From assembly GCA_963815195.1 (NCBI GenBank), contig CAWFGE010000020.1:128001-192000 (forward strand): a stretch of DNA of 64,000 nt, given 5' to 3'. The stretch is from an uncultured Planctomycetaceae bacterium. GTDB lineage: Bacteria > Planctomycetota > Planctomycetia > Planctomycetales > Planctomycetaceae. The notes beneath the pieces were generated by a model. The model had not been told where the DNA came from and ran no database searches. It was given only the letters and a program-made list of their open reading frames with translations. The position numbers and the translations under genes are program-made. This document shows, in pieces, positions 1 through 8,712 of the stretch (positions are counted from its first letter, which is position 1; each line of letters opens with the position of its first letter).

Positions 1-60
1 GCTGTTGCGCGTCGCGTCGCCGAAACGCTGCTGGAAAAGTACCTGGCTGCCACGGCCTGA
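1..60 (+). CDS. 3' end of an upstream gene (AVARRVAETLLEKYLAATA*), possibly a TetR-family regulator
   Basis: Frame 1 is open from base 1 to TGA at 58-60; the peptide loosely resembles the C-terminal helix of the TetR at 2660-3238 (DIARRIAALVISAH). Confidence 0.4.
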   Translation, partial: AVARRVAETLLEKYLAATA

Positions 61-171
61 GTTTTAGACCACCGCTTGCGGACGCTTTGATCGCATCGCA
101 GGGTCCGCTCAAAAAGTTCACAGCCTGTGTGCGGACGGGCGACAGAGCTTTTGGTCCGCACGGATGCCACT

Positions 172-310
172 GGTGGCACGTCCCTGAGCGCAGCGAAGGG
201 CGTGGTCGATCGCACCACCACCGCCCGCATTGGGTGGCACGTCCCGAGCGCAGCGAAGGGCGTGGTCGATCGCACCACCACGCCCTTCGCTGCGCTCAGG
301 GCGTGCCACC
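172..310. repeat. REP-like cluster, family A: two direct copies plus one inverted copy of GGTGGCACGTCCCTGAGCGCAGCGAAGGGCGTGG
   Basis: Direct copies at 172-221 and 233-281; inverted copy ccacgcccttcgctgcgctcagggcgtgccacc at 278-310. Confidence 0.9.
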
Positions 311-422
311 GGTGCCGCTGGCAACTTGTTGCCAGTGCATTCACGGTGTAGGCTGAAGAAAGTTTCCATCAGAACGGAATTTGATCTGAGGAAATCACTG
401 GCAGCAAGCTGCCAGTGGCACC
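311..422. repeat. REP-like doublet, family B (GGTGCCGCTGGCAACTTGTTGCCAGTG ... CACTGGCAGCAAGCTGCCAGTGGCACC)
   Basis: Inverted arms at 311-337 and ~396-422, each with an internal palindrome; 311-372 recurs at 1657-1718. Confidence 0.85.
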
Positions 423-469
423 CGCGCATAGAAGTTCCGACGTTCGACCACATTTTTGGAGGACCGGCC

Positions 470-1641
470 ATGACTGCTGTGGGAAGAGATCTGGACGCCC
501 CCGGGCCGGCACGTCGCTTTGGAACCGGTTGGATCAGCGGCGTCCTGGCGTTGGCGTTTTCCGCGGTCGGTCTGGGGACCGTGCTGTGTCTCCGCTACCC
601 CGATCTGCTCACCATGCCGGAGGCACGCGCACTTTATGATGTGGCGCTCATCCGGCTCGCACTGCACCTGGTCCTCCTCGGCGCGTTTTTCCTTGGAATC
701 GTCAGCGTCGTCCTGCGGCAAAACAAGGTTCTTGGGTTCGTTTCCATCGCGACTGTCTTGGCGGCCGCCGTGCTGGGCGGCTCGCACGCCCAGGATCGGC
801 TCCATCGCCACAGCGACGTCTATTTTGGGCTGGACTATTTCTTGCTCAACCTCGTTCTCATGGGGCTTGTCTTCGTCCCGATCGAGCGTGTCCTCGGCAA
901 GCGCGAGCAACCCATCTTTCGCACCGAATGGCGCGAGGACTTGTTGTATTTCCTGATCGCCAGCCTCCTCGTCCAGGCGTTGACCTATCTGTCCCTGGCC
1001 CCGGCATCGCCATTCTCCACCACACGGACTGGGGCGGGCTGCGCCAGCGGGTGGGCAGTCAACCGGTGATCCTCCAGTTCGCCGAGATCATGTTCCTGAC
1101 CGATCTGGCGCAATACTGGATGCACCGGATCTTCCATCGCGTTTCCTTCTTGTGGAAGTTCCATGCGGTCCATCATTCGGCCAAAACCATGGATTGGCTC
1201 GCCAGCTCGCGGATGCACGTTGTGGAAATCGTGTGCCTGCGCGGCGTGACGGTCATCCCCATGTATGTTCTGGGCTTCAGCCAGCCGGCCCTGTACGCGT
1301 ACCTGTTGTTTGTGTATTTCTTGTCGGCGCTCGTCCATTCCAACCTGCGCATCAACTTCGGGTTTCTGGAATGGTTGCTGGTCAGCCCGCGGTTTCACCA
1401 CTGGCACCACGCCGTCGAGAAGGAAGCCATCGATAGAAACTTCGCGGTCCATTTTCCGCTCTTGGACTGGCTTTTCGGAACGTACTACCTACCCGCCGAC
1501 GGCAAATGGCCCGGCGGCTACGGCATCGGGAATAACCCCGTGCCCTCCGGCTTCGTGAAACAATTCGTGCATCCATTTCTCAGGAAGCGAACGCCCGACG
1601 TCGCGGGAGCCAGTTCCCAAAGCCAGGGAGACAGCAAGTAG
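470..1641 (+). CDS. Sterol desaturase / fatty acid hydroxylase family membrane protein (frameshift near 1000, probably an assembly error)
   Basis: GGAGG RBS then ATG 470. ORFs 230..1069 and 928..1641 join at SLAP/GIAILHH. His boxes HRIFH, HAVHH and HHWHH; several TM segments. Confidence 0.85.
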
Positions 1642-1656
1642 CATCGGCCGCGCACG

Positions 1657-1718
1657 GGTGCCGCTGGCAAATTGTTGCCAGTGCATTCACGGTGTAGGCT
1701 GACGAAAGTTTCCATCAG
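1657..1718. repeat. Second copy of the 62-bp family B repeat and flank
   Basis: Matches 311-372 with 2 mismatches. Confidence 0.9.
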
Positions 1719-1856
1719 CCACATCGTAGGGCCGGCCTTTTTTTGATGACAACGATCAATCTCACATCTGTATGCGCACAGCAGGTGCTACAATTTCTCA
1801 GAACACCACGCGATACCGCTATCGACATTCTTTAGCGCCAACGGTATCCTGAACCA

Positions 1857-2228
1857 ATGGACCAACCAGTCACGATTTCCGACGATTTGATCCGCGAAGC
1901 TTCCCTGATGGCTGAGGTTTCAAAGCGGTCTCTCTCCGCCCAAATCGAGTTTTGGGCTTCGTTGGGACGCTCGTTGGAACCTCTGCTGCGAGGCGAACAG
2001 GTCATCGCTCTCCGGCGGTCATCGAGTGCAAGACCGTTGTCTGAGGCTGTTCGCGATGTGGATACCGATGCGGGGCGAAAACGCGTCAAGGGCTATTTGG
2101 ACGCCGGGCCGTTTCCCCATTTTGAAGCCGTCCCGGATTCTCCGGGGCTATTGCGAAAGATCGAAGCGGACGGCACCGTGACGCTCGGCAAATTCGTCAA
2201 CCGGGTTTTCGAACCCGTCGAGCCGTGA
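1857..2228 (+). CDS. ParD-like (ribbon-helix-helix) antitoxin family protein
   Basis: MDQPVTISDDLIREA...SKRSLSAQIEFWASLGR pattern typical of the ParD-like family; 1 bp upstream of a P-loop toxin-like gene. Confidence 0.7.
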   Translation: MDQPVTISDDLIREASLMAEVSKRSLSAQIEFWASLGRSLEPLLRGEQVIALRRSSSARPLSEAVRDVDTDAGRKRVKGYLDAGPFPHFEAVPDSPGLLRKIEADGTVTLGKFVNRVFEPVEP

Positions 2229-2229
2229 C

Positions 2230-2590
2230 ATGGACTACGACTTTCTCGACAACCGCCCGATCGTCATCGCGATTGCGGGTTCCAACGGTGCCGGGAAATC
2301 GACCTTTTATCATTCCTACCTCTCTCATACCGATCTGCGGTTCATCAACGCGGACGATCTGGCGTTGGAGTTGGGACTCGGACCTTACGAAGCGGCACAA
2401 GTGGCTGATGCCTTGCGGCGAGTTTTAGTCGAGAAACGGGAAAGTTTCATCTTTGAAACAGTGCTATCCGATCCGGTGGGCGAGAAGGTGGGATTTCTTT
2501 GCGATGCGGCCAAGTTGGGTTATGAAGTCGCACTGATTTTTATCCGCATCGCCGATGTGGAAACGTCAGTCGAAAGAGTCTCCATGCGAC
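2230..2590 (+). pseudogene. Zeta-toxin-like / AAA_33 P-loop ATPase, C-terminally truncated
   Basis: IAIAGSNGAGKST Walker A, FINADD, SFIFETVLS, ERVSMR. The GGH.(V/I)P continuation expected for this family is absent in all frames, and the ORF reads on into the convergent tetR. Confidence 0.65.
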
Positions 2591-2659
2591 GTTCTCCTCA
2601 AATCCATGATCGCGGATCTCAAATAACCGCATTTTCGGTGCGGCGGGGACGTGGCGCGA

Positions 2660-3238
2660 TCAGGAATTCTCAACGGGGCAATGAGCGGAAATCACGAGGG
2701 CCGCGATGCGGCGGGCGATGTCTGCGGTGTGATTATTGCCGGTGACGTGGCGGGTCACGTAGGCGCCTTCCATAATCAGGCACAATTCCTGGGCCAGCGC
2801 AAAGGGGTCGTCCGCGCCCGCGTCATCGGCGAGGGCCGCGATAATCGACTCGATCGCGCGTTTGTTTTCCAAGGCGGCGAGGTGGGCGGGTTCGTGGGGC
2901 AATGGAAACTCCATGGCCGCGTTGACGAAAATGCAGCCCTGAAAACCGTCGGACTCGAGGATGGTTTCCACGACGTCGAGCACGGCGTGAAGCTGGCCCA
3001 TCGCCGTCGGACCGCCTCGCTCGCGAATCATTGTGCGGAAGGTATCCAGGATCCAAATATTCTGCATTTCCAGCGCTGCGAGCATCAGGTCCTCTTTGCT
3101 CCCGAAATGTTTGTAGAACGCCGTCTTGCTGATCCCCACATCCGTCAGGATTTGATCGATGCCCACCATGCGAAATCCATCGCGGTAAAATCGGCGAACG
3201 GCGGCTTCGACGAGGCGTTTTCGAGTCGGCGTTTTCAT
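2660..3238 (-). CDS. TetR/AcrR family transcriptional regulator (NemR/ComR-like)
   Basis: HTH FYRDGFRMVGIDQILTDVGISKTAFYKHFGSKEDL; GCIFVNAAMEF motif; GGGAG RBS upstream of ATG 3238. Confidence 0.92.
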   Translation of the reverse strand: MKTPTRKRLVEAAVRRFYRDGFRMVGIDQILTDVGISKTAFYKHFGSKEDLMLAALEMQNIWILDTFRTMIRERGGPTAMGQLHAVLDVVETILESDGFQGCIFVNAAMEFPLPHEPAHLAALENKRAIESIIAALADDAGADDPFALAQELCLIMEGAYVTRHVTGNNHTADIARRIAALVISAHCPVENS

Positions 3239-3258
3239 GGCGTGCTCCCGCGTTTGGG

Positions 3259-3298
3259 GTGGACCACAAGTCAACCACCCAGTTTACCACAAGTCAAC
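3259..3298. promoter_or_regulatory. Two tandem imperfect palindromes, candidate TetR operators (GTGGAC-CACAA-GTCAAC and GTTTAC-CACAA-GTCAAC)
   Basis: 3259-3275 and 3282-3298, sharing an identical 13-mer (accacaagtcaac), between divergent tetR and mddA. Confidence 0.65.
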
Positions 3299-3402
3299 TT
3301 GGCAAGACCGCTGTTTGAGCAATAATCCCTCCGTGAGCGAAACAATCGGAATCCAAACCGGTTCTCGCGTTTTGCATCTGGAACCCTTGCGGAGGCGCGG
3401 AA

Positions 3403-4218
3403 ATGACACGTTGGCTTTACTTTCTGTATGGCGTGGGCGGTCACTTGTTGTTCTTAGGGACCTATGCCTTTATGGCCGGGTTCGTCGGCCATTTCTTCGT
3501 GCCTTGGACGATCGACACCGGGGCCGGGGACTCCCTGGGTTTGTCGATCGCCATCGATCTCCTGCTGTTGGGACTGTTTGCGGCTCAGCACTCGCTCATG
3601 GCCCGGCCGGCGTTCAAGCGAATCTGGACACGGCTCGTCCCCAAACCGATTGAACGCAGCACATACGTCCTCCTGAGCTGCCTCGTCCTCATCGTGACGA
3701 TGTGGCAATGGCGCGGGATCGACACGGTGGTTTGGGATGTGACGCAACCCGCATTCCGCAGCGTGCTCTGGGGCCTGTTTGCCGTGGGCTGGCTCACGGT
3801 CCCGATCGTCAGTTTAATGATCGACCATTTTGATTTGTTCGGGACGCGCCAGGTTTGGCTCTATCTGAAAGGACGGGAGTACGAATCGCTGCCGTTTCGC
3901 GTGCCGGCGTTCTACAAACACGTCCGGCATCCGCTCTACGTCGGATGGGCTCTGGCGTTTTGGGCGATCCCGACGATGACCGTCGGGCATCTCCTGTTCG
4001 CCGGCGTTTTGACGGGTTACATGGGATTGGCGGCGATCATTGAAGAGCGCGATCTGGTGGCTCACTTCGGCCGGCAGTATCTCGACTACCGGCGGCGGGT
4101 TCCCATGTTCGTGCCGCGATTCCGCCAGCAAGCCGCGGTTCCGACTCCATCAACCCAATTGCCGGAACCCGCAACGATCGCAAGCAGCAACGGATTTGAA
4201 CCGCTGAGCGGACCATAA
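3403..4218 (+). CDS. mddA: Methanethiol S-methyltransferase (MddA; isoprenylcysteine carboxyl methyltransferase family)
   Basis: QHSLMARPAFKR, ERSTYVL, DHFDLFGTRQ, VRHPLYVG, PTMTVGHLLFA and EERDL motifs characteristic of MddA; GGAGG RBS. Confidence 0.8.
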   Translation: MTRWLYFLYGVGGHLLFLGTYAFMAGFVGHFFVPWTIDTGAGDSLGLSIAIDLLLLGLFAAQHSLMARPAFKRIWTRLVPKPIERSTYVLLSCLVLIVTMWQWRGIDTVVWDVTQPAFRSVLWGLFAVGWLTVPIVSLMIDHFDLFGTRQVWLYLKGREYESLPFRVPAFYKHVRHPLYVGWALAFWAIPTMTVGHLLFAGVLTGYMGLAAIIEERDLVAHFGRQYLDYRRRVPMFVPRFRQQAAVPTPSTQLPEPATIASSNGFEPLSGP

Positions 4219-4260
4219 AAAAACCGCACCGGGCCGCGCATTTGGTGCGCGGCGGTGCGG
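4217..4260. terminator. GC-rich hairpin downstream of mddA
   Basis: ccgcacc-gggccgcgca/tgcgcggc-ggtgcgg stem preceded by an A run. Confidence 0.45.
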
Positions 4261-4706
4261 CGACCGTTCGGTTTTTGACGCCGAAGGGCGGCTTGGAGCC
4301 GTCGTTCGGCATTTTTTGCCGGGATTTGTGGGCCTTCGAGAAGGTCTTCAATCATAAATCCCGGCCCGGATATCCGGTGGAGGAACCGATCTTGGGGAGG
4401 AGGACAGTCTCGATTCCGGTCTCGCCATGATTCGCGAATCGGTTCTTTGCCGCGGAAACTGTCTGGGCAAAGGGGCCGGCGGACCGGAAACCCACCGGCT
4501 GGTGGAGTCCCCAATTCAATCCCTCTACCCTATAGGGAGTTGATTGCGCCACAAGCCGGTGTGTCGACGCAACGAGCGAAATGAAAAGGAGATGGCGCGA
4601 CGATGGCTCCGTTTGCCGTGGCCAACCTGGAAACGATCAACGGAATCTGATATGGTAATTCCCTGATCTATTGGGCTGGGGCCTTTGCAAAGAACGGTGG
4701 GATTTC

Positions 4707-6069
4707 ATGCTGACTTTATTCGGACAACAATCGCGGCGGGTGGGGTTTTGTGATGGCATTTCGCGGCGAAACTTCTTGCGGATCGGGGGCTTGGGGCTGG
4801 CGGGGTTGACGTTGCCCCAGTTGCTCAAAGCCGAGGCCGCCGGGAAGGGTCGGTCGCCGAAGTCGGTGATTATGATTTACCTCGTCGGGGGGCCGCCGCA
4901 TCAGGACATGTTCGACCTCAAGCCGGAGGCTCCCCAGGAAATCGCCGGCCCCTGGCGACCGATCGAAACCAACGTCCCGGGGATCGAGATTTGCGAAGCC
5001 TTCCCCAGGCTGGCGGGGATGATGGACAAGCTGGTGCCGATCCGTTCGCTGGTCGGTTCGCAAAGCGGGCACGACGCGATCCAGGTCTTCAACGGCCACG
5101 ATCCCCGAGGCCCCAAACCCTCGGGCGGCTGGCCGCAGTTCGGGTCGGCGGTCGCGAAGGTACAGGGCCAAGCCAACCCGGCCACGCCCGGGTTCGTCAG
5201 CCTGTGTTACGCATGCACCCACGGCCCGTATAACGAACCGGGGCCGGGCTTTTTGGGGCCGAGCTATTCGCCGTTCCGCCCGCTGGGGCCGACGCGGAGC
5301 GATATGGTCCTCAATGGCGTGACGCTGGAACGGCTCGCCGACCGGCGGGCGCTTTTAAGCAGCGTGGACCGCTTTCGCCGATCCGCCGACGCCAGCGGGA
5401 TGATGGACGGCCTCGACACGTTTCACCGAACAGGCGATGGGCTTGCTCACCTCGTCGAAACTGGCGGACGCTTTGGATCTCTCCCAGGAAGATCCCCGCA
5501 TCGTCGCCCGCTACGGCACGGGCGATCCCAAAATCCACATGGACGGCAACGGCGCGCCGCGCGTGCCGCAAAGCCTGCTCGTCGCCCGGCGGCTGATCGA
5601 AGCCGGCGTCCGCATCGTGACGCTCAACTACAGCAAATGGGATTGGCACGGCGGGAACAACAATTCGATCTTCAAACGCGAAGGCGAAGACTTCCCCGTG
5701 TTCGATCAATGCGTAAGCGCCCTGGTGGAAGACCTCCACGTCCGCGGCTTGGACAAGGATTGTGCGGTCATCATCTGGGGCGAGTTCGGGCGGACTCCCA
5801 AAATTTCCGCCCAAGTCGGCCGCGACCATTGGCCGCGCGTGAACTCCGCCTTGATGGCCGGCGGCGGACTCAAAACCGGCCAGGTCATCGGGTCCACGGA
5901 TCGGCTCGGAGGCGAAGCGATCTCGCGTCCGGTCACCTTCCCGGAAATCTACGCCACCCTCTACCGCCACCTGGGCATCGACACCCGCTACGCCACGATT
6001 AGCGACCTGAACGGCCGCCCGCAGTACCTCGTCGAAGGCCAAGCCGAACCGCTCGCGGAATTGATCTGA
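4707..6069 (+). CDS. DUF1501 domain protein (Tat-like N-terminus; frameshift near 5422)
   Basis: [51 protein letters not shown]; ORFs 4671..6002 and 5437..6069. Confidence 0.9.
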
Positions 6070-6241
6070 TTCCGGAACGGTGCCCGCCAACCACGATCGG
6101 CCCACTTCGACGGAACACAAAGAGCAGCTAATGAAGGGAAAAGCTTCAGAGCCTCTCGCCAGATGCCGCGCGGACTATCAAGCAAAACTCGCCGAAATGG
6201 CCGTCACGAAGTGACGCATGCGTTCTATAAAACGGGCGAGT

Positions 6242-7093
6242 TTACCGTTTGGGCGATTCGAAGCGGATCGATTTGCGGACGCCGAGGCGGTGAGCCCAGA
6301 ACTCGGCGATCACGCCGAGCGTTGAGATCCCGTATTTCAAGCTGCGGCGGAAGTTGATGCTGGAGGCTTCGGGGAAATAGCGGACCGGCATGGGGATGTC
6401 GCCAATTCGGAAACCGAAATGGGCCGCCTGCGCGAGGAACTGGCTGTCGAACACAAAATCGTCCGAGTTGTTTTGGAAGGGAATCGTTTCCAGGACCTTA
6501 CGGCGATAGGCGCGAAAGCCGCTGTGCAGGTCGCCGCTATTCTGGCCGAGGGCGAAGTTTTCCAAGCTCGTCAGAAAGCGGTTGGCCCAGTATTTGTAAT
6601 GGGGCATGCCGTTCTGGATCGCTTCCGCCCGCGAGCGGATCCGAGAACCCAGCACGATGTCGCAAATTCCCAACCTCAAAAACTCCACGGCGGCGGCGAC
6701 GACCCGGCTGTCGTATTGATAGTCGGGATGCACCATCGCCACATAATCCGCTCCGCGGTTCAAGGCGTGTTCGTAGCAGGTCTTCTGATTCGCACCATAG
6801 CCGCCGTTTCGCCGGCGTTCGACGACCGTCAGCCCCAATTCGCGGGCGACTTCCACGGTGGCATCCTGGCTGCAATCGTCGACGAGGATGATTTCATCCA
6901 CCGCCTCGGCCGGGAGGTCGGCCACGGTCTTATGCAGTGTGCGTTCGGCATTATAGGCGGGCATTACGACCACCACCCGCGCGGAATGCGCCTCGGGATG
7001 GGCCGCTTCTTCCAAGAGCGTTTCGATCCGCCGCAGCTCGGCGGACGCCATGACTTCGGTTGTGGAATGATCCAGCGAATTCAAAGCGGCCAC
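6242..7093 (-). CDS. Glycosyltransferase family 2 (polyprenol-phosphate sugar synthase-like)
   Basis: [47 protein letters not shown]. Confidence 0.9.
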   Translation of the reverse strand: MAALNSLDHSTTEVMASAELRRIETLLEEAAHPEAHSARVVVVMPAYNAERTLHKTVADLPAEAVDEIILVDDCSQDATVEVARELGLTVVERRRNGGYGANQKTCYEHALNRGADYVAMVHPDYQYDSRVVAAAVEFLRLGICDIVLGSRIRSRAEAIQNGMPHYKYWANRFLTSLENFALGQNSGDLHSGFRAYRRKVLETIPFQNNSDDFVFDSQFLAQAAHFGFRIGDIPMPVRYFPEASSINFRRSLKYGISTLGVIAEFWAHRLGVRKSIRFESPKR

Positions 7094-7278
7094 GGATTGC
7101 CCCTTACGTTTCTATCGGCGGACGATGGTGGATCTCTAGCCAGGTCGGAATCCGCGCTGCGAACTCCTCGCCCAAGTCTAGGTCAGAAACCGATGCGCAG
7201 CGGCAACTTTTCGAGCTATCTTTTCAAAGCCCGTTGCCGCGGAGCAACATCCGTCAAGTTCGTATTCAGTCTGCCCTC

Positions 7279-8700
7279 ATGAAAGCCATCCCCCTCAATC
7301 CCGCTCAAACCCTCGCCGCTCGCCGGCGGGTGTTGATCCATCTCGGGATCCTGACCGGTCTGTTCGCAATGACGGTCTGGTTATATATGCCAAGCCGATC
7401 GTTTGAGTTCGTGAATTGGGATGATCCCTGGTATATCCAAAACAACCCGCTGGTCCAGTCATGGAACCTGGCGAACCTCAAGGGCATCGCCACGGAAACG
7501 GTCGCGCGGAACTATGCGCCTTTGACGATTTTTTCGTTTCTGCTCGACCATACGTTTTGGGGCGATTGGGCGGGCGGTTATCATTTGACGAATCTCGTAC
7601 TGCACGCCGTCAATGCACAGCTAGTGTTCTTCGTGATTCGGCAGGTGACGGGGCGAACCGACTGGGCCGCGGCGACGGCCGTTCTGTTCGCCGTGCATCC
7701 CGTGCAGGTGGAGTCGGTCGCGTGGGTCTCGTCCCGCAAAGGATTGTTGTCCGGGGCTTTTATCCTGGCTTCGCTGCTCTGTTGGCTTCGCGAAGACCGA
7801 AAACCCAAGCACGAAGGCTGGGGCATCTTGCTGTTGGCTTTGGCGCTACTATGCAAGGCGATTGCGGTCGTCGTTCCCGCGATCGTGCTGGCTTATGATG
7901 TGATCGTCCGCCGGCAGAAGTTATCCGAAGCCGTCGTGCGGCAGATCATCCCCGGCTTTCTCGCGGCGTGGCTGCTATTGGCCACGATGTCGGCCCAGGT
8001 CACCGAACTCGGCGGCGTGCGGGCGCATTTGGGGCTCAATCGCTTGGAGATTTTCGCCATCGACCTTATCATTCTCTGGCGCTATGTGGGGATGCTTCTC
8101 TCTCCACACAATCCTTGCGTGCTTTATGATCTTCCCATAACGGGAATCTGGCCGCTTGCCACGTTCGCGGGACTCGTCTGGGCCGGCGTCGGTTGGTGGA
8201 TGTGGTCGAGACGAACTCGGCAGCCCCTAGTGCTCTTCGCGGCCCTCTGTTGGATCTTTCTTTTGATTCCCGTGCTCAATCTATTTCCCATCACGACCTT
8301 AATGAATGACCGGTACCTCTACCTGCCCAGTATCCCGGCGATCGCATTGCTGGTGGCTAGTCTAGGTGTTGTGTTGGAGCGTGTGGGGCAGTCAACGTCT
8401 CTTCGCTTCAGCCGCGCGATTGGGGGCGTATTGATGCTAGCCATCGCCGGCGGTCTTATAAAACAAACGCGGGACTATCTTCCGGTTTGGCGAAGCGATC
8501 TTGCTCTCTGGGAACATGCCGCCCAGGAAGTGCCGGAGCTTCCGGTCGTGCAGATTCAAAGGGCGATTTCACTCAAGAACGCAGGCCAGAGGGCGGCTGC
8601 AATCAACGCTTTGAATTTTGCCCTCACTCATTGCGAACCGGATGACATCGACCGGAAGCGCATTGAAGAGAAGCTGGTTCAATTCAGAGAATCCCGTTGA
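7279..8700 (+). CDS. TMTC-like / GT-C fold membrane glycosyltransferase with short C-terminal helical tail
   Basis: FVNWDDPWYI, YAPLT, GYHLTNLVLH, LFAVHPVQVESVAWVSSRK, NDRYLYLP, VWRSDLALW. Confidence 0.8.
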   Translation: MKAIPLNPAQTLAARRRVLIHLGILTGLFAMTVWLYMPSRSFEFVNWDDPWYIQNNPLVQSWNLANLKGIATETVARNYAPLTIFSFLLDHTFWGDWAGGYHLTNLVLHAVNAQLVFFVIRQVTGRTDWAAATAVLFAVHPVQVESVAWVSSRKGLLSGAFILASLLCWLREDRKPKHEGWGILLLALALLCKAIAVVVPAIVLAYDVIVRRQKLSEAVVRQIIPGFLAAWLLLATMSAQVTELGGVRAHLGLNRLEIFAIDLIILWRYVGMLLSPHNPCVLYDLPITGIWPLATFAGLVWAGVGWWMWSRRTRQPLVLFAALCWIFLLIPVLNLFPITTLMNDRYLYLPSIPAIALLVASLGVVLERVGQSTSLRFSRAIGGVLMLAIAGGLIKQTRDYLPVWRSDLALWEHAAQEVPELPVVQIQRAISLKNAGQRAAAINALNFALTHCEPDDIDRKRIEEKLVQFRESR

Positions 8701-8712
8701 GCCGCTTCGCGG

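Noticed and set aside
172..310. Possible CRISPR array or tRNA
   Set aside because: Only two direct copies plus an inverted copy, no unique regular spacers, no cas genes and no cloverleaf; it fits a REP cluster.
1..4700. Prophage or integrative element at the left end
   Set aside because: No integrase, transposase, phage gene or tRNA attachment site is visible within the window.
4219..4706. Short ORFs in the mddA-DUF1501 spacer
   Set aside because: No RBS or motif support, and they overlap hairpins; treated as non-coding.
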